A DNA stretch of 64,000 bases from Octopus vulgaris. Its lineage: Eukaryota. Positions 25,158-40,184 of this stretch are shown in pieces. The first letter of the stretch is position 1. Each line of letters opens with the position of its first letter. The position numbers and the translations under genes are program-made. The notes beneath the pieces are model-generated. The model saw only the letters and a program-made list of their open reading frames with translations. It did not search any database and was not told where the DNA came from. Location of the stretch: the NCBI GenBank assembly GCA_951406725.2, contig OX597821.1, positions 77,438,001 through 77,502,000 on the forward strand, read 5' to 3'.

Positions 25158-25215
25158 GATAAAACTCTGAGTTTCAGATGCTGAAGTGGGAATCCACGAC
25201 ATCTCTTCGGTTATC
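25158..25215 (-). ncRNA. Hammerhead motif in inverted pLTR copy
   Basis: Reverse complement of 26443-26503. Confidence 0.55.
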
Positions 25216-25580
25216 TGGCTATTTGAAAACGCTATGAAAAAATACCGTTGTCAATTTCTTAGACGTTTCCTTAGATCTTAATAAGAATATTTATAAGCCT
25301 TATAGGAAGCCCAATGATAGACTAAGTTATATTAATGTAGGTTCATGCCATCCCCCTATAATATTCAAAAATTTAGTTAAAAATATTAGTAAGAGGATTT
25401 CTAGCCTCTCCTCTGATAAGGACATCTTCAATAGCATTGCCCCAGTTTATAATAAGGCTTTAAAAGATAGTGGTTTTAAGGAAAAAATAAAATATACACC
25501 CATTACTAGCCCAACAGTAAGGAAAAGGAATAATAGAAATAGGAAGGTCATCCGGTTTTACGCCCCCTTACTCACCCGAG

Positions 25581-26213
25581 GTGGCCTTCAATATAGGTAA
25601 ATATTTCCTAGCACTGATAGATAGACATTTTCCAGTTAACCATACTTATAGGAAACTCTTCAATAGACACAATTTAAAAATTAGTTTTAGTTCCACTACC
25701 AATTTTAAAAACATAATCAAACATAACATACAAAAAACACAACCAGAAAACAGCTGTTCATGCGGGAATAAAGAACTGTGCCCGCTAAATGGAGCTTGCA
25801 TGTCCAAGACCATCATATATGAAGCTACCGTAGACTCTATAACCACTAAAGACACCGTTTCGACGAAGAAATACGTGGGCCTTACAGAAGGTAACTTCAA
25901 GGCCAGGTTCAATAACCACACTTTGAGCTTTAGGCACTGGAACAAAAGAAAAGCGACACAATTATCTAATCATATTTGGTCTTTAAGAGATAAAGGTGTC
26001 GATTATAACATACATTGGAAGATTTTGGCCAGATGTAAGCCCTATACCAACGGCAGCGGAAGGTGCGGTCTATGCGACATGGAGAGATGGCTTATCTGGA
26101 AAAGCAACTTAGACCCTACTACATGTCTAAACACAAGGACAGAACTTTTCGGGTCATGCCCATATGTGACTAAATTTCTGTTACGTTTTTGGTCCCCTAA
26201 AGAAAACAGATAG
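25581..26213 (+). pseudogene. PLE linker plus GIY-YIG endonuclease
   Basis: CSC..CPLNGAC..IIYEATV..YVGLTEGNFKARFNNH..SF..LSNHIWSL..CGLC..E..LN; disrupted near 25555. Confidence 0.85.
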
Positions 26214-26442
26214 AACATGCTTTCTATGTTACGTCCCAAGAAGGTTTTTTTTACCTCATCGCACCTTCTATCATATATTTTATGTATATTTTTATATATT
26301 TTTTATATATTTTTTATGTATTTTTATATAATTTTTATGGCGAAAAATACGAGCGTTGTATAAGTACGCAGGCAAGCAGAGTTATAACACAGTAATTTCC
26401 CTTTGTATAACGGTATTTTTTCATAGCGTTTTCAAATAGGCA

Positions 26443-26503
26443 GATAACCGAAGAGATGGTGTTGTGGATTCCCACTTCGGCATCTGAAACTCAGAGTTTT
26501 ATC
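26443..26503 (+). ncRNA. Type I hammerhead motif (CCGAAGA core) in PLE pLTR
   Basis: gataa CCGAAGA gatg...catc t GAAAC tcaga GT T ttatc; perfect 5-bp stem I, stem III actc-a-gagt. Confidence 0.6.
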
Positions 26504-26604
26504 TTGACTATCGAGTAATGTAACATTATTGTATAGATAAATTTCCTCTATTTACATAATATTGAGGTCTCTTTATTTCTTTCTTTTGTTATCTTACCGT
26601 TTTA

Positions 26605-26674
<70 letters not shown>

Positions 26675-27034
26675 TGTATGTATGCGTGTGTTTTGTGCGT
26701 GTGTGTGTTGAAAAGTGTAACATTTAAGCAAAGACAGTCGTAAATTGTTGAAGAAGCAGGCTACGGCGTCTCTCATTTCTCCGTCTTAATAATTACATTT
26801 TTTTTTCTTTGTAGATGATTCTGTTTATTTTCCTCCATAATACCGTTTGTTTGGCCTGCGTTTTGATGTTGTCGTCGTTGCTGTTGTTGTTGTTGTTCAG
26901 TTGCTTCTTTTCTTTTTTCTAATGTTGTTGTTTTCTTCAGGTAACACTTCAAGAATATACATTTAGAACGTGGAAGAAAGAACGAAAAGGAGAGGAGACG
27001 AGAGAGGGTGAGAGAGGGTGAGAAGAACGGGGAA

Positions 27035-27600
<566 letters not shown>

Positions 27601-27783
27601 GTGGGGGAGAGGGATTAATTGACTGAGTAAGTAACCGTGTTTGCCAAAATATCGGAACGAAACACGGCGATCCTACCTGAAGGTTTTATGAGGTCACAAA
27701 ACTCTCATAATATTAACCGGCAACCACAGGAGAAGTTGTTATTGCCGCTTTGTTTTTAAAAGGCAATCTATTCACTTAATAAC

Positions 27784-28844
<1,061 letters not shown>

Positions 28845-28845
<1 letters not shown>

Positions 28846-29045
28846 ATTCCTCTTCTTTGTAAATGCAGTTTGACTCACTCTGAGGGAAGTTTTCGCCCAC
28901 AGATATCAGTATTTTCTCTAGCATGGTACCTCACCTGTCAGCATCTTCTGATGCAAAACCTTGTTCTTCCTTGACGTCTCTGGTTGTGACTTGGAGACAA
29001 CTCGTTTAAGTTAAATTAAAGCAAAACCAAAACAAATAGAAATAA
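28845..29045 (+). mobile_element. Probable Dong/R4-like 3' UTR stub in (TAA)n
   Basis: tctctggttgtgacttgg..aaagcaaaa..aaca.aatagaa then (TAA)n; homologous to the reverse complement of 29278-29340. Confidence 0.5.
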
Positions 29046-29049
29046 TAAC

Positions 29050-29128
<79 letters not shown>

Positions 29129-29143
29129 GTAATAATAATAATA

Positions 29144-29262
<119 letters not shown>

Positions 29263-29277
29263 CACTATTATTATTAT

Positions 29278-29428
29278 TCTATGTTTGACTTTTGCTTTAC
29301 ATTTGTACAAGTTGGATCCAAGTCTCACCCAGAGACCTCAAGAGACAACAAGTTGGAAGTTCATGCTGGTGTTTTGCCTAGGGCGCCATATATTTGGTTT
29401 TGTACTTAGTGTTGTACTAGTGAATGTT

Positions 29429-29432
<4 letters not shown>
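29278..29432 (-). mobile_element. Probable Dong/R4-like 3' UTR stub in (TAA)n
   Basis: Flanked by (TTA)n on both sides; 3' end homologous to about 28975-29045. Confidence 0.5.
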
Positions 29433-29502
<70 letters not shown>

Positions 29503-29901
29503 GCCTTTGCACAGCTTCTAACGCTGGAGATGTTCTACAGTGTCAGCTGTTCACTACCAGTGAACTAATGTAACACCTCTTATTTTTCGAGCACCTTTCG
29601 GTTTATTCGAGCGGTTCCAAGCAATGCTGTTTCCTTCCAGTGCTTCACCCTTATCACGGCCCCTATTTGCTCCACGTACTTCTCGAGATTTTTGCTCACT
29701 GTTCCCAGGGCTCCGACAATTATTGATACTACTACCACCTTTTTCATCGACCACAACTGTTTAACCTCCCAAGCTAACCCTGTCATATCTCTCAACTTTT
29801 CTTTCTCCCTTATCGCATACCTTGTTGTCAGCTGGGCATGCTATATCTATCATCCAACATAGTTTCTTTTCTTTCTCAATTAAGACTATGTCTGGCTTCC
29901 A
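29503..29901 (-). mobile_element. Dong/R4-clade LINE 3' end (restriction-like endonuclease) in (TAA)n
   Basis: KPDIVLIEKEKKLCWMIDIACPADN..K..RY..IIVGALGTV..ALLGTARI; (TAA)n on both flanks. Confidence 0.85.
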
Positions 29902-29981
<80 letters not shown>

Positions 29982-30108
29982 CCTTTCTAATAAAGGCACA
30001 AGACCTCAAATTTGGGGGGAAGGGGCTAGTCGATCACATCGACCCCAGTGCGTAACTGGTACTTAATTTATCGACCTCGAAAGGATGAAAGGCAAAGTCG
30101 ACCGCGGC
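29982..30108 (-). mobile_element. SINE family C fragment
   Basis: atcgaccccagtgcgtaactggtacttaatttatcgac..gaaaggatgaaaggc. Confidence 0.7.
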
Positions 30109-30336
30109 GTAAATTTTGAGGGTGGAGTAACTCAAATAAACCAGCGTCAGTACTTGAGTGGCACTTTATTTTATGCGAAAAGTTGAAAAAATAAAAAAGA
30201 AAATGTTGACTTCTGCAAGATTTTGTCCTTAGAATATAAAGAGCAAAAGATTGTAGCTAAAAGTCTCAAATTTCAGTCTTTTCTGATCAACTTCCGGTTT
30301 AATATTATAATTGAGATCTGTGATTATATCCAACAA

Positions 30337-30729
30337 CTAGCAGTATCGCCCGGCGTTGCTCGGGTTTGTTTCGTCCCTTTAGAATTAGAATTTTTGAAAA
30401 GTAAAAATTTCGCATTACGTAGCTTGTTATTCTCTTTAAGTGAACATTTTTCTGGTTGAAATACACCGAAAAATGGCGACACAGCAGTCAAAAAAATCAT
30501 TAAATATAGGGCTTTTCATAGAAAAAAAAGCACCTGTTTGATGTAAATAATTTTTAGTGTTAACATGGTCCGATTTGAATTATTTTTTTCTTCTACGGAA
30601 TGAAGAACAAGCCTTCTTTCATACTCTCAATTTTGGTCAACTTGCGCCGCAGGGTCTCGGAGGAGATAGTGTTAGTTGAAGGCTATCAAACCTGCCATAC
30701 ACAGACAACTTCAGCTTTATATATAAAGA
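30337..30729 (-). mobile_element. Non-autonomous Helitron
   Basis: Minus strand 5'-TC ... hairpin cccgagcaacgccggg ... CTAG-3' between A and T; same termini as the 43340-45574 copies, different interior. Confidence 0.78.
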
Positions 30730-30929
30730 TTATTCAGGATTATTCCACCACTTTCTTTCTATTTGTTCTCTTTGTATTCCAATGTACGTCTAGTCTCGTT
30801 TATCACTGATTCATTCATCACTGATCCGGGATAACACGGTACGCTTAATTATGAGCCATATTACGTTTATCACGGTTTGATCTGTGATATCAGGGTCGGA
30901 AATCCAAATTTCATACTTGACGACCTAAT

Positions 30930-31154
30930 TCGTTTCAGTCATTTGACTACGGCCATGCTGGAGCACTGCTTTTAGTCGAGCAAATCGACCCTAGGACTTA
31001 TTCTTTGTAAGCCTAGTACTTATCCTATTGGTCTCTTTTGCCGAACCTCTAAATTACGGGGCGTAAACACACTACCATCGGTTGTCAAGCGATGTTGGGG
31101 GGACAAACACAGACACACAAACATATACACACACGTACATATATATATACATAT

Positions 31155-31207
<53 letters not shown>

Positions 31208-31583
31208 AATACTATAATCAATATAAAATTTTATAAAAAGTACCGGTTTTTTTTACTTTTTATTAAAATTTTATGTATATATTTCCTTGTTTATTTTCAA
31301 AATAGTGGTTTTTCTCTAATTAATATTATATAATATTTTACTATAAAATTGGATTTAACTAAATCTGATTTTTTCCCATATTCCCTAATATTTATTATAT
31401 ATATATATATATATACATACATATATATACGACGGGCTTCTTTCAATTTCCGTCTATCAAATCCACTCACAAGGCTTTGGTCGGCCCGAGGCTACAGTAG
31501 AAGACATTTGCCCACGGTGTCACGCAGTGGGAATGAACCCGGAACCATATGGTCGGTAAGCAAGCTACTTACCACACAGCCAC
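30930..31583 (-). mobile_element. SINE family A with an AT-rich insert in its internal microsatellite
   Basis: 3' half 30930-31125, 5' half 31428-31583, insert 31201-31397. Confidence 0.8.
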
Positions 31584-32266
31584 TAAAATATAAATAAATA
31601 TATAAAAAATATCTTGTATCTTGGGAGGGTCATCACGCCAATAATAATAACGCATTGGTTCAACACTCTTTTATTGTTAACAACAACAACAACAACAACA
31701 ATAATAACAGCAACAACAATAATAATAACAATAATAATAATAGTAATAATAATAAAAATAATAATAAAAATATTTGTCATAAGCACAAGAATAAACATAG
31801 GTGGGGGATTGGTTACTCAAATTGAAACCAGTTCGTAACTGGTACTCAATATTTTGTCGGCAACAGTATTTGAACTTCGAGCTTAAAAATCAGGACAAAC
31901 ACTTGTAGGGCGTTCTCTCGATACTTCAATCAGTCTTCCTAGAGATTTTAATGAAAAGCCATGACTTCCTCGAGAGCATTACAGCCAAAAATAAAAGTAA
32001 TAGTGGCCCTCAACCGAAAAATGAAACTTAACTAAAATCTTGTTTTTCAGTACTCGTTTTGTGTATAAGAGAAATTGCATGACTACGTCCTCGTTTTTCG
32101 TTGGGTTTTATGCTGTTTTCCTCCTCAAATTTTTATAACAGCTTTTGTTTTCATTTGACATATTTCATCATATTTGCTCTGAAATCTTGTCTTCAATGAC
32201 GATGCGGAATTGCAGAATCGGTTGGTTTCTTTGTTTTACGAAGGGACTTTTTTTCAATTCCTATTT

Positions 32267-32365
<99 letters not shown>

Positions 32366-33124
32366 TTTGCTTTTTTCTATCTATCCATCTTTCTGCTGAA
32401 TAAGTTCAACTCGCCTTTTCCCGCTAGCTTGCTTCTGTCTAAATAAAACGATACATACACAATGAAGCGTCAAAATAGGATGACAGCTTGTTCATTCTCT
32501 AAGATTTAACATCAATTTTCATCAGACAAATTTCAGGAAAAAAAATGACACACGAATGCACATACGATATGTTTCTAGAATGTATATAATGAACCAACGA
32601 ATCTGAGATAGTTATTGTTTGCCTCCTGCCAAACGCACGATGATGGAGATATCGCTTCAATCCCTTGTCTCTTTTAATTATCATTTCAATCTGGTACAAA
32701 GAACATTTCGTTACGAAAAACAAATGAGGGACTACTAGGTTGTTAAAATTACGATGAAAGAGTTGGCGATTAAGGACAGCCTTCACTACCAGTTGCATCT
32801 CCATTCGTGACCGAGGCATTTAACTCACATTAGCCCAGCCCAGGAAGCGATAGAAAGCTTAGCTCGATGTTGACGAGATCAAGTGTCGGCCCGACGAGAT
32901 TTCCTGTGAGATCCCTCCACCCCGTAATTTTCGGTTGAAACCAATATTACTTTCAAATAGCAGCCGAATTTCTACCAAATCATACCTAACCTCTTAAAAG
33001 AAGAAGGAAACATCATACAATGTACTTCTAGATGTATTGACTTGAGAAGGAGAAAATACCGATTAAAACCGCGGCAACCACATTAGTAAGAGTACAAAAA
33101 AAACAAAAACGAACCAGAGAATTC

Positions 33125-34857
33125 CTGCTATAACATTGATATAGTTGCACTTTCAGAGACTCGTAAAGAAGGTGATGGTCAGCTTGAGGAAGTAGGAGGT
33201 GGATATACCTTTTTTGGAAGGGGAGGCTGACGGAGGAGCGCAGAGAGGCTGAAGTTGGCTTTGCAAGTTCTATCTGATACCCTTAAGAAGCTGGAAGAGC
33301 TTTTTGTTCCTATAAATGAACGTCTAATAATTCTACGATTGCACCTGAAAGGCAGGTGGTTTGCTACTCTAATAAGTGCCTGTGCACCTATTTTGACTAG
33401 CTGTGGTGAAGATAAAACTATTTTTTTTACTCAGATGAGAGCCATACTTAGGAAAATCATCTCCAATTCTGATAAAGTTATTCTACTGGGGTGTTTCAAT
33501 GCCAGGGTTGGAACAGGCTGGCAAACATGGAACTCTCGAGGATATTTAGATGTAGGGAAAACGAATAGCAATGGTCTCATGCTGTTGGAGCTTTGCGATG
33601 AACATTGACTTTACATCGCAAGCACTCATTTCATGCACAAAGATGATCACATAACAACATGGATGCATCCAAGGACTAAAGTTTGGCACTTGCTGGATTA
33701 TGTCATCATCTGCAAGCGTGACATCTATGATATTTGTAATGTCAAGTCCTTTCATGGACCGGAATGCTGGACAGACCATTCTGGTGCGAGCAAAGTTTCG
33801 GATGATGATACGAGTGAAAGAGAGAAGAGGGTCAGTTGGCATTTCTCGACGTCTGAATGTCCACAAGATATATGATGATGTGTTGAGGAGAGAGCTTCAG
33901 ACTCGCTTGTCCAGCATTGAAAATACTACAGTATGGGAAGATTTTCGAGACCACGTTCTTCAATTTGCTGCTGAAAGATTGGGATATACTACTTCCAGAC
34001 ACAGAGGAAAATGATGCTGAAGTTCAGCGACTATTGGTGCTAAAGCGTCGTGCCCACAATATATTGCTACACAAAGGATTTTCTGCTGTGCAGCGAAATC
34101 TAGTACTTGCCCACTATAGCAGTGTAAAATCCCTACTGCAGCGATCTCTCAGGAAGATGCAGAACACTTGGTGGGAGGATCTTGCTCGTGATGTTCAGGC
34201 TGCTGCTGATGCAAATGACAGCAAGAAGCTTTACCATAAGAGCTCTGCATCAGCTCCTTTGCTTTCCAAGGAGTCTTCCACTCTATTTACTAAACCAACA
34301 GAAATCACAGGTTGCTGGATTGAACACTTCTCTGAACTCCTGAACCATGAGTCAATTGTGAATGAAACAGTGATGTAACAAAGACCTATCATTGGCTCCT
34401 TAAATTCCACGCCCTCAATAGATGAGGTAATGAGAGAAATAAGTAAAGTGAATTTTGGTAGGGCACCTGGAAGGGATGGATTTTGTGTTGAAGTCTTGCG
34501 ATTTGGTGGTGATTACATCACACAGTCCCTTCATGAACTTATTAGTATAGTCTGGAGGGATGGTGCAATGCCTAAGGACTGGAACGATACAATTATTCTT
34601 CCCCTCTATAAAGAAAAAGGAACCAGAATAATGTGTGGTAACTACAGATGTATTGCTCAACTATCAGCTGCTGTCAGGGTTCTGGCAAATATTATTCTTA
34701 TCCGCCTGAATGGGTGTCTCGTAAATGATATCCCATCTGAATCTCAAAGTGGCTTCCGATCTGATAGAGGGGCAATGGATATGATTTTCGCAGCAAGACA
34801 GATGCAGGAGTGCTATAAGCAGAATATGGATCTTGTCCAGGTATTCATTGATTTAAA
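33125..34857 (+). pseudogene. RTE-clade LINE ORF fragment (APE endonuclease plus RT N-part), degenerate
   Basis: YNIDIVALSETR..GYTFF; FNARVG; TWMHPRTKVWHLLDY; CWTDH; APGRDG; CGNYRCI; ESQSGFR..DMIF..FIDLK; stops and frameshifts. Confidence 0.9.
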
Positions 34858-34919
34858 GATGAGGAATTTTGCTCTAAAGGCCACGCTTTTCAATTGAACA
34901 TGCTCAAATTGCCATGCAA

Positions 34920-35071
34920 ACTCTTTCAGTTTCCGCCAATCAAATCCACTCTTAAGACTTTGCTCAACCCGAGGTTATAATAGAAGGCACTTGCCCAAGT
35001 TGACACGCAATGGACTGAACTCGAAAACATGTGATTGAAAAGCAAGCTCCTTACCACACAGCCGCGCCTGC
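34920..35071 (-). mobile_element. SINE family A 5' half
   Basis: Reverse complement of family A head. Confidence 0.7.
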
Positions 35072-35585
35072 ACCAACTTGAAATAACGCGAAAAATATTT
35101 TTATTGTAATGTTTTATGGTGTTTCTGTAGCCCTGTTCTCCTAACTTTTGTTTATAATTTTTGAAATTTGAATAAATTTTAATTCTTTTCAGATATATGA
35201 TGGCGGAATGTCAAATAAGGAGAGAAAAAAACGAACGAATTTATCTGACAACTGAATACAATAGCCTTAGCTAATAGACAGAGGCTTTCGTACTAAAATC
35301 AACTACAGTTGTTTTGAATGTCAATTCAAATAAATGTTTAACACTGAGCATAATAGAAGCTAGCGAAAGATAATGATCAACGGGAAAAGAAGCGAAAAAT
35401 GTCAAGAAATACGTTTATCTCAATGCTGTCAGAGATAGTGTGAGGAGGGAAGGCGGTGTGATATCAAAAACAGGCTGCAAAATACAAGTAATGCATTCAA
35501 ATGTCTGTAAACGTTGTGATCACCACGCTGAATTGGTAACAAAACAAGACTATAACTATAACTATAACTATAACTATAACTATAA

Positions 35586-35640
<55 letters not shown>

Positions 35641-35741
35641 TATATTATATTATAATATATTATATTACATTACAATATATTATATTATAATATATTATAT
35701 TATATTATATTATATTATATCATATTATATTATATTATATA

Positions 35742-36171
35742 GAGGGCATTACTATACATAAATGCCACACGCTAGGAGGGACTCTTAAAGTCAAAACTAG
35801 CAAAATAAATAAACACATCGTACCGAAAGTGAGGGAATACAACTCTTGAAGCTAGACGCTTAAAATAAGTTCTGCTGCAAATCACATGATTTCATAATTA
35901 GTGCAGAAATGCACTTTTTAATCGTCAGTGCACGCATAATTCAAGATATATAATGAATGAACAAAATCAACATACCATACGAACAACCAATGTATCCAAC
36001 GTGGCATATAGAAATGTTCACCCTTTATACATCTATGTAAATTCTGTTTTTAAGTGGCTGGCTTCGAGAGTTGCATTCCCTCGCTTTCGGTACGATGTGT
36101 TTATTTATTTTGGTAGTTTTGACTTTAAGAGTCCGTCCTAGCGTGTGGCACTTATGTATAGTAATGCCCTC
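35742..36171. repeat. ~125-bp inverted repeat pair next to AT-rich microsatellite (PLE-like terminus)
   Basis: 35742-35866 is the reverse complement of about 36047-36171. Confidence 0.75.
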
Positions 36172-36462
36172 AATATAATATGAATAAATATATTTAAGAA
36201 AAACTTTGGTGGATTTTTCTCTTATGAGGTTTTTCACGCTAACTACTTGATAAATTCTTATAAAACTTTAATCGTACTTTTAAACTCTATATATTTATAT
36301 ATATATATATGTGTGTGTGTGTGTATACATATAGGTACTGTAAGTTTAGAGGGAATACTTGATAAATGTAAGCACCTGTATATCCTTTGTGTATGTACAT
36401 ATATATATATATACGACGGGCTTCTTTCAGTCTCCGCCAAACAGATCCACTCATAAGGCTTG

Positions 36463-36576
36463 GAGAGTGTAGGCTCGAAATGTAAAAGACTTTTTCATTT
36501 TCCCGACCGTCAAACTAATACATCTGCCTGTTGTTCATACACCTGTCTTCGTCTTTTGTTTTTCTATAAATTGCAA

Positions 36577-36580
<4 letters not shown>
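36463..36580 (+). mobile_element. PLE 3' tail of the same family as 8007-8140
   Basis: gag.gtaggctcgaaa.gt.aaagact..actaataca..acctg.cttcgtcttttgt; ends in (CA)n. Confidence 0.65.
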
Positions 36581-36659
<79 letters not shown>

Positions 36660-36661
<2 letters not shown>

Positions 36662-36996
36662 GGCATGGCTGTGTGGTAACCTTAGGCAAGTGTCTTCTAC
36701 TATAACCATGTGATCAAGGCAATGTGAGTGGATTTGGTTGGTTGACAGAAACTGAAAGAAACTTGTATATGTGAGTGTTTGTGTGTGTGTGTTTTTGTCT
36801 GTCTACCATCGCCGATTGACAACCTGTGTTATTGTGTTTACGTTCACGTAGCTTAGCGGTTCGGCAACATGGAACGATAGAATAAGTAATCAGGCTTTCG
36901 AATAAGTACAGGGCTCGATTTGCTTGACGAAGCTTCTTCAAGACGGTACTCCAGCATGGCCGCAGTCTAAAGGCTGAAACAAGTAAAAGAATAAGA
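36660..36996 (+). mobile_element. SINE family A copy (head partly deleted)
   Basis: Family A core and tail. Confidence 0.75.
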
Positions 36997-37059
36997 GGAT
37001 AAAAGATCTGGGCTCTGCTGATAATGCAATGCAAGGCAAACATTAAGAAACATTTTGTT

Positions 37060-37480
37060 CGGTATTTCTAGGCATCATCGTTCAATGGCCGCTCTCAATT
37101 TGGCGTCGGTTTTGTACGGTAAACTTTTAAGTGTCCCCATGAAAAAGTCTAGTGGTGTGAGGCCCGGTGAAAACAGCGGGTATTCTGTTGAGCCTCTTTG
37201 TCTAATCCACCCGTTTAACTAAATCTCATCGAAATAGACCCTTACATTATTATGGTACTATGCGTGTTCCCCGTCTTGCTGGAAATGAAACTCCACATCT
37301 TTGAAGTCCTCCTGAATGCTTGGCGTAACAGATTGTCTCAACACGTTTAAATGAATAGGACCGCTCAAAGTACAGTCTAAAAAGAAGGTTCCAATTATTC
37401 CTTTTGATGATAAGCTGTTCCATACTGCAACTCCTTGTAATATGCACCTGTGGGTATACATGGGGTTCAGGATGACTTCC
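37060..37480 (-). pseudogene. Tc1-like transposase fragment
   Basis: GIIGTFFLD..FHFQQDGEHA and FSPGLTPLDFF (degenerate QQDGA and SPDLTPLDFF motifs). Confidence 0.75.
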
Positions 37481-37665
37481 GATGGTCAGTCATCTACATA
37501 TTATGAGATACTATATAATATCCTTGAGCTTTTCTGCTTTCCTTTCCGACAAAGAGTTATGCTCGAAATGTCAAAAATTGTCTCTTTTTACTGAGCGTCA
37601 AATTAATTCATTCCATGTGCACGTCCTCTTGTTTGTCATTATTATATTTAATGTCTGTTTATTTG

Positions 37666-37727
<62 letters not shown>

Positions 37728-37817
37728 GGGTTATTCAAAAAGAATGAACCGAATTCATTACGCAAGGAAAAGCAATAGAAAATTCCGGTTTTATACATAT
37801 ATACGTACATACGAACG

Positions 37818-38102
37818 TACTCTGTTGTTGATGTTGAAATTCCGATGAAGGGACCTTGGATCTAATTTAGAAACCGGCTCTTTCTCTATTGGCAAGAAGT
37901 CTTGAAATAAACTGAATAATGACGTACATACATACATACATACATACATACATACATACATACATACATACATACATACATACATACATACCCTGTTGTT
38001 GACATTGAAATTCCAATGAAGGAGCCTTGGATTTAGGTTAGAAACTGGTTCGTTCTCTATTGGCGAAAAATCTTCAAATGAAACTGAATAATGACATACA
38101 TA
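37818..38102 (+). repeat. Two ~105-bp units separated by (TACA)n
   Basis: ctgttgttga..gaaattcc.atgaagg..gaaac.gg..aaactgaataatgac at about 37822-37923 and 37993-38095. Confidence 0.75.
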
Positions 38103-38372
38103 AGACTAAAGAAGTATATCAATTAATTTTCTCAGACTGATGACGGAATAAATTTCTCCATTGTAAGCAGATACAATGCGCCTTAATTGTATCGAGCGAC
38201 AACGTGAGTCTCCCGTGGTGGTAGTGATGGTTATAGTAGACCTTATTATTAAAAGCGTTCTAAGCCGTGACTATCCCGTCAGTCTATGTACCAAGGTGAA
38301 ATTGCCCAATGCCCTCTTCATTTTTTTAAGACGATATAATGTGATTCGAGGGATATTTGGGCTGCTATTTCT

Positions 38373-38889
38373 TATTTCTTTATTGCCCACAAGGGCCCAA
38401 ACATAGAGGGGACTAACAAGGACAGACAAAGGGATTAAGTCGATTACATCGACCCCAGTGCGTAACTGGTACTTATTTTTTTATTGCCCACAAAGGGTTA
38501 AATATAGAGGGGACAAACAAGGACAGACAAACGGATTAAGTCGATTACATCGACCCCAGTGCGTAACTGGTACTTAATTTATCGACCCCGAAAGGATGAA
38601 AGGCAAAGTCGACCTCGGCAGAATTTGAACTCAGAACGTAACGGCAGACGAAATACCTATTTCTTTACTACCCACAAGGGACTAAACACAGAGGGGACAA
38701 ACAAGAACAGATAAACGGATTAAGTCGATTACATTGACCCCAGTGTGTAACTGGTACTTAATTTATCGACCCCGAAAGGATGAAAGGCAAAGTCGACCTC
38801 AGCGGAATTTGAATTCAGAGCGTATCGGCAGACGAAATACGGCTAAGCATTTCGCCCGGCGAGCTAACGTGTCTGCCAGTTCGCCACCT
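38373..38889 (-). mobile_element. SINE family C (Nin/Deu-like core), trimeric, 17-bp TSD
   Basis: TSD tttggg(c/t)tgctatttct at 38356-38372 and 38890-38906; three tail copies. Confidence 0.85.
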
Positions 38890-39375
38890 TTTGGGTTGCT
38901 ATTTCTAGCAGGAAGAGGTTCCTTCGCTGTTTCGGGTAAAAGTAGTTGCTGGTGTTGATGGAAGTGATGGTGACGATGAGTATGCGATAGAGGTGATGGT
39001 GATGCTGGTGATGATGGTGGTGTTGGTGGTAATACTGCTGCTGATGCTGTTGGTGGCGAAGGTGGTGATAACTGGAGACCCCTACTGCTTGGGACCCACA
39101 TTTTATTAGGATAGCCGAAAAAAAAAAAAAAACAAGAAAAAACGAAAGACTAAAAGGATTTTCTCTTGTGTCGATTAAAGATTAAGTTTACTTAAAATAA
39201 TACGTGGATAATCGCACGAGTTTCTTATCTCGAATGAAGGGGGCCTTGCTCGCTATTATAAACACCGCCCTTGAGATTATCTGATAACAAGCGATAAACA
39301 CATATCACGACCAGTTTTCGTTGTTGTAATAGCTGCGATACTATAGCTTTTGTTATTGTTGCCGTTGTTGTTGTT

Positions 39376-39406
<31 letters not shown>

Positions 39407-39432
39407 ATATTATTATTATTATTATTATTATT

Positions 39433-39670
39433 CAGTAGTTTTATTTTTATAGCGTGCTTTCACTTCCCTACCGAGCGCAGCTCTGTGTGCCTTGGGTATG
39501 TGCGGTGATTTGTTGTGATGCTCTGATGGTTATTGTATGGAAAGTGTTCTGCGTAGGATGTGTGCAGTGCCTAGTAGTGCAATTTTCTGTATGTTATATG
39601 TTTGTAAGTCCTGGTGTTTTTGTTATGTATTTGTCTGAATATTTTTTTATCATGCCTAATGCACCTACTA
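39433..39670 (-). mobile_element. Dong/R4-like LINE 3' end in (TAA)n
   Basis: IIVGALGMIKK..IQKIALLGTAHILRRTL; (TTA)n flanks. Confidence 0.8.
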
Positions 39671-39678
39671 TGATGATG

Positions 39679-39734
<56 letters not shown>

Positions 39735-40184
39735 CCTCCTCTCCTCCCCTCTTCCTTCTTCTTCGTCTCTTTTTCTTTTTTCTTTCTGTTCTTTCCCCTT
39801 CACTATCTTCTTTATCCTACTCACACGCCTACTTCTGCTCCCCATCATCTTCATCATCATTGACATCGTCATCATCATCATCATCATCATCAGCGTCATC
39901 AGCGTCATCATCATCATCATCAGCAGCAGCAGCAGCATTAACTGCAGCAGTAGTATCTTATTCTTGTCTTTTACTGCTCTTTCCTCTTCTTATTATCCCC
40001 CACCCCCGTTCTCTTCCTAGTCCTTCTCGTTCCCATAATCATTTATCTCTTTTCTGCATCCCCTTCCTCCTCCTCCTCCTCCTCTCCGCCTCACCATTAT
40101 CATCATTTATTATCTCCTTCGTCATCTACCTCTTCTTCTTCACCTACGACTACTACACGGCGACCACCGCCACGGCCACCACCA

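Larger units (their letters stand above)
25134..26610 (+). mobile_element. Penelope-like element with inverted 5' pLTR copy
   Basis: 25136-25249 inverted at 26409-26527; RT thumb (NFLDV..YKPYRKPND..HPP) at 25250-25560; (TA)n on both sides. Confidence 0.9.
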
